Shown piece after piece: positions 16,913 to 25,080 of a DNA stretch of 45,585 bases. Positions within the stretch are counted from its first letter, which is position 1. The number at the start of each line of letters is the position of its first letter. Source of the DNA: Candidatus Gottesmanbacteria bacterium RIFOXYB1_FULL_47_11 (GTDB lineage Bacteria > Patescibacteriota > Microgenomatia > UBA10105 > UBA927); contig MFKE01000019.1 in NCBI GenBank assembly GCA_001779455.1, forward strand, positions 33,201-78,785, in the 5' to 3' direction. A model generated the notes under the pieces. The model was not told the origin of the DNA and made no database searches. It worked only from the letters and a program-made list of their open reading frames with translations. The position numbers and the translations under genes were made by a program.

Positions 16913-17359
16913 ATGAATGACGCTGCCCCCGGAGCAAACAATCCAGTCTACCCAAATCCGTCCCCCGGAGAGCCTGTTGTTGGCGCCGCGGGGATACACA
17001 AGGAAGCAGAGAGTGTGGTGATGACACCGGAAACCCCTATGGTAAAAGAGTACGGGCGCGAAGTTGATAGTCTGCCCAAAGAAGTCGCATCTGCGGGGGT
17101 TACGATTCATCCGACAACGATTCCGATTCCTCAGCCGGCCGCATCCCTCGGGGTAACGCCCGGTCCGGCAAATATCCCCATGCCGTCGGCAACGGTGACG
17201 CTTCCGCTTACCGACGACCAAATTGCACAGGGGTTGAGTAAAAGTATTTTAACTTCCTGGCGTTGGCTTGCGGAGTGGTGTCTTCGGAGGTTAAAACAGG
17301 TACATATAGGATTACAGTATGTAAAAGGTCGATTGGTACGCGTAAGTTCCAAGTCATAA
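16913..17359 (+). CDS. Pro-rich hypothetical protein (148 aa) with a conserved-looking amphipathic C-terminus
   Basis: ORF track. The N-terminal two thirds are low-complexity Pro/Ala/Val. The C-terminus is SILTSWRWLAEWCLRRLKQV. A 10-nt gap separates it from the following ATPase gene. Confidence 0.5.
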   Translation: MNDAAPGANNPVYPNPSPGEPVVGAAGIHKEAESVVMTPETPMVKEYGREVDSLPKEVASAGVTIHPTTIPIPQPAASLGVTPGPANIPMPSATVTLPLTDDQIAQGLSKSILTSWRWLAEWCLRRLKQVHIGLQYVKGRLVRVSSKS

Positions 17360-17369
17360 GATTATTTAT

Positions 17370-19724
17370 ATGCCGGATCAAGCACTCGATTTGATGTATC
17401 AACTGGAAGTATTTGCGATAAGCCTCGCATTTATTCTCGTACTACTTGCGGGGTTTGCCTTGTTTGGGTATATCGTATTTTTACTGTGGAAATACCGGGA
17501 TCGGGAGAAACGATCGCTTGAGTATGTGCTCCTGCAGCTTGCGGTACCCCGCGAAAATGAGATAAAGATTGATGCTGCGGAACAGATGTTTACGAGTCTG
17601 TATACCATATACAAAAGCGGGTTTTGGTCGTTTCTCACCCCGCAACAGCATCTTTCATTTGAGATTGTTGCGCGCCAGGAGGACATACGTTTTTATGCGG
17701 CAGTCCCGAGGCGTCTTATGGATTTAGTGGAGAAGCAGATCCACGGTGCGTACCCCGGAGCGGACATAAAAGAGGTAGATGAATATTCCATATTTACGGA
17801 AACAGGCAAGGTCGCATTTGCCTCGCTTCGTCTGAAAAATACCAATTATATGCCCATCCGGGTGTTCCGCGATCTGCCGACGGATCCGCTCTCATCCATT
17901 ACCTCGGTACTGGCCAAAATGCGGGAAGGGGAAGGGGCAGTCATTCAGGTGTTGATTCAACCAACAGGAGGGTCTTGGCGGTCTCTGGGCCGGTCATATA
18001 TATCCAAGGTGAAAAAAGACGAAGCAAATCCGGAGAAAGCAAGTTTTAAGGTCGATCCGAAGTCTCTGGAGTCGATCGAACAGAAAACCAGTAAACCCGG
18101 GTTTAACTCAGTCGTGCGCATGGTAGTCTCCGCCGGGACAGAAGAAGATGCCAAAATACATCTGGACAATCTGCTTGCCAGCTTCGGCCAATTTGCCGGC
18201 GATCACAACCATTTTACCAAGGTGAAGTTCCCGTTGTTCCTGAAAAAACTGTTTATGATGGATTTTATTTACCGGTATTTTCCGGTATTCAACATCGTGT
18301 TTTTCCCTCAATACAGCGTTCTTAACAGTGATGAGCTTGCGACGGTTTTTCATCTGCCGAATAAATCCGTTGAGACGGCGCATATTTTTTGGCTTAATGC
18401 CAAACGGGCGCCGGCCCCGTCTCAGATACCCACGGAAGGGTTATATCTGGGGAAATCAAGGTACCGGGGTGTCGAGCGGCCTATTTTTATCAGCGAGGAA
18501 GACCGCAGGCGTCATGTCTATATCATCGGGAAAACCGGTACCGGTAAATCACAACTCCTGGAGGAAATGATTGTGCAGGATATCAAATCCGGCAAGGGTT
18601 GTGCGGTCGTTGATCCGCACGGAGATCTCATCGACGGAGTGTTATCCCGTATTCCGCCGGATCGGGCAGAAGACGTCATTTACTTTGATCCGTCCGACAC
18701 GGAGCGGCCCATGGGACTTAATATGCTGGAGGCAAAAACCGAGGAACAGAAACATTTTGTCGTGACATCAATTGTCGGGCTGATGTACAAGCTGTATGAC
18801 CCGATGAAAACCGGTATTATCGGACCGCGGTTTGAACACGCGATTAGGAATGCCATGCTCACCGTCATGGTTGAACCCGGTAATACTTTTGTCGAAGTTG
18901 TACGCGTTCTCACAGACAGCTCGTTTGTTCAGGAGCTTCTGCCTAAACTTCAGGATCCGATTATCCGCAGGTACTGGACGGACCAGATCGCACAGACGGC
19001 GGATTTTCACAAATCAGAAGTGCTGGACTATATCGTATCCAAATTCGGCCGGTTTGTTACCAACAAGCTGATGCGCAATATCATCGGCCAATCGGAATCG
19101 TCATTTGACTTTCGTAAGGTGATGGATGAAGGAAAAATACTCCTCGTGAATTTGGCCAAGGGCAAAGTCGGTGAAGAAAACAGCAACTTTTTGGGACTTA
19201 TCCTTGTTCCGAGAATATTAATATCAGCCATGAGCCGCCAGGAAATGCCTGAGGAGAAGCGGCGCGACTTTTATCTCTATGTTGATGAGTTCCAGAATTT
19301 CGCTACTCCCGATTTTGCTCAGATATTATCGGAGGCACGGAAATATCGTCTTAACCTTATCGTTGCCAACCAATTTATCGGACAGATGGAAGAGGAAGTG
19401 AAAAATGCGGTCTTCGGCAACGTCGGCTCCCTTATCGCGTTCCGCGTGGGTGTAACGGATGCCAATTACCTGCAGCACGAGTTTCAGCCTACGTTTAATG
19501 AATCGGATCTCATCAATATCGATAAATTTAACGCGTACATAAAAACAAATGTTCACAATGAACCGGTAAAACCGTTTAGTATGGATCTGACAAAAAATAT
19601 GACGGAGGTAAATGCATCGCGGAATATGAAAGTCGCCGAAGCGATCATCCAGCTCTCGCGCCTGAAGTACGGCCGCTCGCGTGAACTTATCGAAGCCGAA
19701 ATCTCCCAGCGCGCTAGATTGTAA
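17370..19724 (+). CDS. membrane-anchored VirD4/TraG/TraD-like (FtsK/HerA-superfamily) P-loop ATPase
   Basis: N-terminal TM helix. Walker A is IIGKTGTGKSQ (about 18528..18551). Walker B is FYLYVDEFQNF (about 19272..19300), followed by SEARKYRLNLIVANQ. Confidence 0.7.
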   Translation: MPDQALDLMYQLEVFAISLAFILVLLAGFALFGYIVFLLWKYRDREKRSLEYVLLQLAVPRENEIKIDAAEQMFTSLYTIYKSGFWSFLTPQQHLSFEIVARQEDIRFYAAVPRRLMDLVEKQIHGAYPGADIKEVDEYSIFTETGKVAFASLRLKNTNYMPIRVFRDLPTDPLSSITSVLAKMREGEGAVIQVLIQPTGGSWRSLGRSYISKVKKDEANPEKASFKVDPKSLESIEQKTSKPGFNSVVRMVVSAGTEEDAKIHLDNLLASFGQFAGDHNHFTKVKFPLFLKKLFMMDFIYRYFPVFNIVFFPQYSVLNSDELATVFHLPNKSVETAHIFWLNAKRAPAPSQIPTEGLYLGKSRYRGVERPIFISEEDRRRHVYIIGKTGTGKSQLLEEMIVQDIKSGKGCAVVDPHGDLIDGVLSRIPPDRAEDVIYFDPSDTERPMGLNMLEAKTEEQKHFVVTSIVGLMYKLYDPMKTGIIGPRFEHAIRNAMLTVMVEPGNTFVEVVRVLTDSSFVQELLPKLQDPIIRRYWTDQIAQTADFHKSEVLDYIVSKFGRFVTNKLMRNIIGQSESSFDFRKVMDEGKILLVNLAKGKVGEENSNFLGLILVPRILISAMSRQEMPEEKRRDFYLYVDEFQNFATPDFAQILSEARKYRLNLIVANQFIGQMEEEVKNAVFGNVGSLIAFRVGVTDANYLQHEFQPTFNESDLINIDKFNAYIKTNVHNEPVKPFSMDLTKNMTEVNASRNMKVAEAIIQLSRLKYGRSRELIEAEISQRARL

Positions 19725-20295
19725 TGATCTTGAATTTTTCTTCGTCAATTAGCAGTATTGGCGTTTCAGGATCTTTTTTTTTCAACATAGCTACCTTTTC
19801 TTCTTTATTTTTTTCTATATTCCAGTGGCAAAGAACGTTATATGGAATAATTCCTAAGCCGGTATATACAGTTTTGGTATCCTGACCTTCTAGTGATAAA
19901 ACATAATGCGGAGAAATCAAAAAAGCCCCGAGTGAACTACCTATATATATTTTTTGATTCAACAACTGTTTTAACATAGACAACTTTGGTATATACGGCT
20001 CGATAAATTCTTGTTCGCCGCCTGATATGTATACTACGTCAGCATAAGGAAGTTTATTCATAAGATCATCCGAATCATCTACCATAGATACTGAAGTTTT
20101 TTTGTTTGTCTGGAGAGAAATATTATTGTTGTCTATTGAAAATTGTGTTAGCCATTTTTCCTTACTTCGCGCGAAATAGCAGATAAGAATTTTTACAGAT
20201 TCTTTTTTGACGAGTGCAGTAAATTGTCGGAAAAACAATTCATTGTCCGCTGATTTTCTTGAAGACTCACCTCCATGCAGAACATATGTTGTCAT
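19714..20295 (-). CDS. peptidase S51-like (dipeptidase E / cyanophycinase family, class I glutamine-amidotransferase-like fold)
   Basis: YISGGEQEF and IGSSLGAF (nucleophile-Ser context) plus a later His (CHWN). The gene is AT-rich. The start is taken at MTTYVLHGG; an ATG two codons upstream at 20301 is also possible. Confidence 0.55.
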   Translation of the reverse strand: MTTYVLHGGESSRKSADNELFFRQFTALVKKESVKILICYFARSKEKWLTQFSIDNNNISLQTNKKTSVSMVDDSDDLMNKLPYADVVYISGGEQEFIEPYIPKLSMLKQLLNQKIYIGSSLGAFLISPHYVLSLEGQDTKTVYTGLGIIPYNVLCHWNIEKNKEEKVAMLKKKDPETPILLIDEEKFKIITI

Positions 20296-20374
20296 ACGCA
20301 TAGTATACGAAATATTTTCCCCCTTTACATTTTTGCCAGTCGCGGTATTCTTGTGTATGTTGCTTTAAAATTTC

Positions 20375-21766
20375 ATGGACACAGAAGAGCCTCCGCTTAG
20401 TTTACCCAAACTTCCGGAAACTACCGTTTACATTTTTAACCTGTCGGAAGACGTATGGCCGTTCATCAGCGCCATGTCGGATGCGAAGGCAAAACTGTTT
20501 GAGATTAAAGAAAATGCCGATCTGTGTGAACGCGATCTGTTTTCCTGTGCGGATGAGGACAACATTCTCTATATTTTCCCCCAACAAATTGATGAATCCT
20601 TTTTACGGTATTACACCGAGCTTTTCGGGAAGCGTAATATCCGCATTTTGGTTCCCCAAAAACATTCAGGCGTGATTTGTGAAGATATTCTTGATGATGA
20701 CGATATTATGCGCGAGCTCGTGAACGCAGCAAACGGGTCAAAGCGTTTGGTATTGACCAGTTATACAACCTCACAACAGTTTATCAACCTCGTTGAAGAG
20801 CTCAGGGGGAAAGGCCTACAGATTTCTACCCCGGACGCGCCGGAAGAAGAAGATTCCTGGACAGTAAACTTTTACGGCAGCAAATCCGGTATCCGTCAGC
20901 TTGCGGCCCTCAGCCGCATGGAGGAGCCGGACCTCATTATGCCGCAGGGGTTAATTTGTACGGGCATTGTAGATGCGGCCAAAATTGCAGCGACAAAATA
21001 TGTGAAGGAGCACGGGGTGGTTATCAAAACAAACAAAGGGCATTCCGGAGCCGGTGTCTTGTTGTTTGATGAAGGGGATTTGCCCAATGAATATCCCGTA
21101 TGCGAACAGGCGATTCTTGATGTCCTCAAAAAAGATGCCTACTGGAACATGTTCCCGATTATTATCGAATCGTTTGTCAGCGTAAATCCTGCCGTTGCCG
21201 GCGGGTTTCCCAATGTTGAGTTTCAGATTCTTAAAAACGGGCGGGTGGAATATCTTTACTACGGCGGTATGCGGGTGACACAGGGAGTATTTAAAGGCAT
21301 GGAAATAGGAAACGATGTGGTGTCTGATCAGCTTCTTGCGCGTATGACGGATACCGGATTTTATATCGGCGAGAAGTACCGTGCCGCAGGATACCGCGGG
21401 TATTTTGATGTTGACTTTATAGCAGCCAAAAACGGACAGCTATATGTGACGGAGAGTAATGCGAGGCGTACCGGCGGCACGCATGTGTATGTCACGGCCA
21501 AGAAACTTTTCGGCGAAGATTTTCTCTACCACACCTATATCCTGTTTAATAATTTATTCGAAGTGCCTAAGAAAAACATTAAGTCATTTGAGTGTCTGCA
21601 GGAGATTTTGACGCCGATATTATTTAATAAAGATTCCGGAGAAGGACTGATTGTCACGTGTGAGTCTGCCCTTGCCACCAACCGTTTCGGTTACATCATC
21701 TTCGGTGCCACGCGTCGGCGCGCTTTCGAAATTGAGGCGAAGATGGAACAGCTCCTCCGCGCTTGA
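20375..21766 (+). CDS. ATP-grasp ligase, PGM1-like peptide/amino-acid ligase family
   Basis: The C-terminal half carries HGVVIKTNKGHSGAGVLLF, FPNVEFQI and YFDVDFIAAKNGQLYVTESNARRTGGTH (the ExNxR Mg/ATP motif). The N-terminal pre-ATP-grasp-like region is long. Confidence 0.6.
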   Translation: MDTEEPPLSLPKLPETTVYIFNLSEDVWPFISAMSDAKAKLFEIKENADLCERDLFSCADEDNILYIFPQQIDESFLRYYTELFGKRNIRILVPQKHSGVICEDILDDDDIMRELVNAANGSKRLVLTSYTTSQQFINLVEELRGKGLQISTPDAPEEEDSWTVNFYGSKSGIRQLAALSRMEEPDLIMPQGLICTGIVDAAKIAATKYVKEHGVVIKTNKGHSGAGVLLFDEGDLPNEYPVCEQAILDVLKKDAYWNMFPIIIESFVSVNPAVAGGFPNVEFQILKNGRVEYLYYGGMRVTQGVFKGMEIGNDVVSDQLLARMTDTGFYIGEKYRAAGYRGYFDVDFIAAKNGQLYVTESNARRTGGTHVYVTAKKLFGEDFLYHTYILFNNLFEVPKKNIKSFECLQEILTPILFNKDSGEGLIVTCESALATNRFGYIIFGATRRRAFEIEAKMEQLLRA

Positions 21767-21829
21767 TTTTCTCCTATATTACTCGTACCATTGATTTACT
21801 ATCCCATGAATATATTTCGCTAGTTCACT

Positions 21830-22501
21830 ATGAGCAACGTTTTATTACACCGAAAGGCTCTTATTTTGCGTAAGCAAAAGAAGAGTTACAGTCAAATAAA
21901 GGCAATTTTAGGTGTCAGTAAGAGCACCCTAAGTGAATGGCTGCGCGCCTATCCATTAACGAGAGAAGAAATTAATAATTTACGGGCTAATAGCGAGATA
22001 CGGATTGAAAAATATAGGGAAACAATGAGGAAAAAAAGACAAGATAAACTCGACCTATATCGTCTAGAGGAAAAGAAAAAGCTATTACCTTTATCAAAAA
22101 GAGAATTGCTTATTGCCGGGCTATTTCTTTATTGGGGAGAGGGAGGTAAAGCATCGCGTCATACGATCAGCATTAATAACACGGATCCTAAACTTGTACA
22201 GTTTTCGTTATATTGGATGACACGGGCATTACATATTTCAAAAAATAATATTAGAGTATATCTTCATTTATATAAAGACATGAATATACAAAAAGAAATG
22301 AGATATTGGAGTAAAATGTTGAATATCCCATTGTCTCAATTTTCTAAACCTTATATAAAAGACAGTAAGCGAAGTGACATTGACCAAAAAGGATTCGGCC
22401 ATGGTACTTGTGGAGTGTGTGCATATAATACGGTCATTAAAGATAATATATTAATAGGGATAGACGTTATTGCACAGCATTACGTGAGAAAGCTGTTCTA
22501 A
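21830..22501 (+). CDS. HTH-domain protein with a possible LAGLIDADG-like (homing-endonuclease-like) C-terminal domain
   Basis: The N-terminal HTH is KKSYSQIKAILGVSKSTLSEWLR. The central LIAGLFLYWGEGGK resembles a degenerate LAGLIDADG helix ending in an acidic residue. The gene is very AT-rich. Confidence 0.45.
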   Translation: MSNVLLHRKALILRKQKKSYSQIKAILGVSKSTLSEWLRAYPLTREEINNLRANSEIRIEKYRETMRKKRQDKLDLYRLEEKKKLLPLSKRELLIAGLFLYWGEGGKASRHTISINNTDPKLVQFSLYWMTRALHISKNNIRVYLHLYKDMNIQKEMRYWSKMLNIPLSQFSKPYIKDSKRSDIDQKGFGHGTCGVCAYNTVIKDNILIGIDVIAQHYVRKLF

Positions 22502-22523
22502 ATTGATATAATCTGAAATAGTG

Positions 22524-22595
22524 GGGCCCGTAGCTCATCGGTAGAGCGGTTGTCTTATAAACAACAGGTACTTGGATCGTCCCCAAGCGGGCCCA
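22524..22595 (+). tRNA. tRNA-Ile, anticodon UAU (reads AUA); no encoded CCA
   Basis: Hand-folded cloverleaf. Acceptor GGGCCCG/CGGGCCC. D arm GCTC-ATCGGTA-GAGC. Anticodon arm GTTGT-CTTATAA-ACAAC with U33 and A37. Variable loop AGGTA. T arm CTTGG-ATCGTCC-CCAAG. Discriminator A. Confidence 0.85.
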
Positions 22596-22601
22596 CTTAC
22601 T

Positions 22602-22991
22602 ATGTCAATATTTATCATAGATTCGGAGTCTTTAGCTAACCCGTTATGGTTGAACTCTCTTGATCAGATTCATATAGAGATAGAATATGAGCCTGAATCA
22701 AGCGCATCGATATATCATCATGTGTTTTTTATTAACGGTTTAGATAAACAATCACTGATCAGTCAACTACAAAAAGAAATAAAGCATAGTTGGTATGCTT
22801 TCTGTGTCGATGAGAACGAAATAGAAATAATTTACAACAATAAGATTTTTTCTTACACAACACTAGAGATAGAATATCATGATGCGGTGGATTATGGGAT
22901 TCAACAGGGTATCCAAAAAGAATTTTTGGATTTTCATCGCTATCTCACAAAGTATACAAACATTATTAAAAAATTAGGTAAAGAAGAATAG
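22602..22991 (+). CDS. hypothetical protein (129 aa), AT-rich
   Basis: The track ORF starts at 22572 inside the tRNA. I prefer ATG 22602 (MSIFIIDSES). No family recognised. Confidence 0.5.
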   Translation: MSIFIIDSESLANPLWLNSLDQIHIEIEYEPESSASIYHHVFFINGLDKQSLISQLQKEIKHSWYAFCVDENEIEIIYNNKIFSYTTLEIEYHDAVDYGIQQGIQKEFLDFHRYLTKYTNIIKKLGKEE

Positions 22992-22995
22992 TGTT

Positions 22996-23517
22996 ATGGA
23001 ACATGTTGTACTCGTTGATGATTATAATAAGGTTCTCGGGACGGCGCCGAAGGATACGGTGCACACCACGGATACACCGCTTCACCGCGGATTTTCACTG
23101 TTCGTATTTAACAGGGATAAAGAGCTTCTGGTCACGCGGCGCGCGTACACCAAAAAAACTTTCCCGGGTAAATGGACCAACACCGTCTGCGGGCATCCGC
23201 AGCTTAATGAAGCGCCGGAAGCGGCCGCGCTGCGTCGGCTTAAAGATGAGCTGGGAATGACGGCGGGGAGTGTCCGGGTTGTTGCTCCGTACCGGTACAA
23301 GGTTGCCGATATTCACGGTATTCTGGAAAATGAAATCTGTCCGATCCTTGTAGGGTATGCAAACGATGATCCGCACCCAAACATAGCAGAAGTAGGGCAG
23401 TGGAAATGGATGCCGTGGCGGGAATTCCTGACGGAGACGGCAAATCTACCCGACGAATATTCTCCGTGGTGTATAGAAGAGGCGGTTATACTTCAAAGTA
23501 CTTATTTTAGAAAATAG
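22996..23517 (+). CDS. idi: isopentenyl-diphosphate delta-isomerase, type 1 (Nudix fold)
   Basis: LHRGFSLFVFN, FPGKWTNTVCGHPQLNE and ENEICPIL match type 1 IDI. Confidence 0.85.
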   Translation: MEHVVLVDDYNKVLGTAPKDTVHTTDTPLHRGFSLFVFNRDKELLVTRRAYTKKTFPGKWTNTVCGHPQLNEAPEAAALRRLKDELGMTAGSVRVVAPYRYKVADIHGILENEICPILVGYANDDPHPNIAEVGQWKWMPWREFLTETANLPDEYSPWCIEEAVILQSTYFRK

Positions 23518-23550
23518 TTACTCGTTTTTTTCTTTTCGCAAAGCCCAAAT

Positions 23551-23579
23551 TTGCATTTTCCGGAAAGAGAAGGTAGTAT
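23551..23579 (+). promoter_or_regulatory. candidate sigma70-type promoter TTGCAT-N17-TAGTAT
   Basis: The -35 is at 23551..23556 and the -10 at 23574..23579, about 28 nt upstream of the ATG at 23607. AAGGGGGA serves as the SD. Confidence 0.4.
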
Positions 23580-23606
23580 CCTTTTACATAAAAAGGGGGA
23601 TATAGT

Positions 23607-24101
23607 ATGACGCCTAAATTAGAAATACATTATGATCAGCACATCTTTTTACGTGACGCTTTAAATACGTCTGGTGAACGGTTAGCGCAGGCAAACGTTT
23701 TTTTGGTTACCAGGTCAGATCGCCAACAGGACATAGTAGTTCTTGCGGAAGGTGAAGTAATCGGAAGCCCAGAGGTGATCGGAGACGTACAAACATTACT
23801 CACAAAATACCAAGAGCTTAAGAATGGATTTGGTCTTCCGCCAAATACAGATGTAAAACAAGATGATCTTCTTGAAGGCATTTCGAAAACAACAAAATTA
23901 CGAGATCTTTTTCCGGATTTTGACACCGGCACTCTGAATGCGCTTGCCCGTAAACAAATAACAACTTGGGGGGAGTTAAAGAAATCCGTTAAAAGCAAAC
24001 CCGATACACGCGGGATTTTCGTGACTAGTATCGAGAGGATAGGAAAAAAACGATCGGCTGAGATACTTTCAGCACTCAATAAGTTAAAAAATACTGAGTA
24101 A
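23607..24101 (+). CDS. hypothetical protein with a C-terminal RpoA-alphaCTD-like helix-hairpin-helix domain
   Basis: The C-terminal TLNALARKQITTWGEL...IERIGKKRSAEILSALNKL follows the alphaCTD (HhH)2 pattern. The N-terminal 100 aa are unassigned. Confidence 0.5.
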   Translation: MTPKLEIHYDQHIFLRDALNTSGERLAQANVFLVTRSDRQQDIVVLAEGEVIGSPEVIGDVQTLLTKYQELKNGFGLPPNTDVKQDDLLEGISKTTKLRDLFPDFDTGTLNALARKQITTWGELKKSVKSKPDTRGIFVTSIERIGKKRSAEILSALNKLKNTE

Positions 24102-24117
24102 GAACTCTGGGTATTTA

Positions 24118-25080
24118 TTAAACCTCCACAGACAAGTCGGGAATGGCCGTCACGGTATGCCAGTCAATGGGTGTTCCGCGAAAGAAGGCGTAAGAAGCGA
24201 TATACACGGCGTTGTCGGTGCACAGCGGAATTGGCGGAGCAATTGCCTCAGGGATTTTTTCGCGAAGACGTAAATTTGCAGATACACCGCCTGACAACAT
24301 AATCGTGTTTGCGTGATAGTGTCGGGCGGCTGCTCGGGTTTTGGAAACCAATACATCGGTAATTGCCTCCTGTACTTCATACGCAAGCCCGGCAATAAAT
24401 TCCTCAGAATGATTTTCCTCTTTTTGCCATGCGCGCAATATTGCGGTTTTGAGTCCCGAGAAGGAAAAATTGAGTGTCTTGTCATACATCAGTGGTCGGG
24501 GAAGCTTGACCGCTGACGCATTGACGCGCTGACGCATTGAAGCTTCTTGTATAGCGACTCCGCCGCGGGAGCCAAAACCTAATAGCCGGGCGGTTTTATC
24601 AAACGCTTCACCCGCCGCATCATCCAGCGTGCCGCCGAGCCATTTGAGATCTTTTGGCGATGACATAAGAAATAATTCGGTGTGGCCGCCGGAAACAACA
24701 AGAGAGATAGCGGGAAAAATAATGTTGTTATTTATAAAATTCGCGTACATGTGAGCCAGCACGTGGTTCACCGGAATTATCGGTTTACCGCTCACCATAG
24801 CCATGGTTTTTGCTGTTTCCACACCGACCAACAGTGACCCGATGAGACCCGGCCCGATGGTAACAGCAATTGCATCGTATTCAACGTTTTTTGTCGCTTC
24901 TGTTATCGTAGGAATGATTACTTTGAGCTGCTCCCGCGCTGCTACCTCCGGGACGATTCCCCCATACTTTTCATGCATTGCCGCTGATGACGCGATGACG
25001 CTGCTTATGACTTTTGTACCATTATCAACGACAGCGCACGCAGTTTCATCACACGACGATTCAATAGCTAATATTTTCAT
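24118..25080 (-). CDS. tsaD: tRNA N6-adenosine threonylcarbamoyltransferase TsaD (Kae1/Gcp family)
   Basis: MKILAIESSCDETACAVV and the overall family look. The track ORF extends to 25104. The ATG at 25080 overlaps the upstream stop (ATGA). Confidence 0.9.
   Translation of the reverse strand: MKILAIESSCDETACAVVDNGTKVISSVIASSAAMHEKYGGIVPEVAAREQLKVIIPTITEATKNVEYDAIAVTIGPGLIGSLLVGVETAKTMAMVSGKPIIPVNHVLAHMYANFINNNIIFPAISLVVSGGHTELFLMSSPKDLKWLGGTLDDAAGEAFDKTARLLGFGSRGGVAIQEASMRQRVNASAVKLPRPLMYDKTLNFSFSGLKTAILRAWQKEENHSEEFIAGLAYEVQEAITDVLVSKTRAAARHYHANTIMLSGGVSANLRLREKIPEAIAPPIPLCTDNAVYIASYAFFRGTPIDWHTVTAIPDLSVEV

Noticed and set aside
22572-22601. Track start of the 139-aa ORF inside the tRNA gene
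   Set aside because: The first 10 codons are the tRNA T arm and acceptor stem. The internal ATG at 22602 lies just after the tRNA.
22991-23260. 89-aa plus-strand ORF in an alternative frame over the idi start
   Set aside because: The idi frame has clear type 1 IDI motifs. The alternative frame is Arg-rich with no motifs.
16913-23606. Integrated conjugative element or prophage at the tRNA
   Set aside because: There is no integrase, recombinase, relaxase, capsid or terminase gene. I found no direct repeat of the tRNA 3' end by eye. Only a coupling-protein-like ATPase and AT-rich genes are present. It is kept as a weaker mosaic or hotspot hypothesis.
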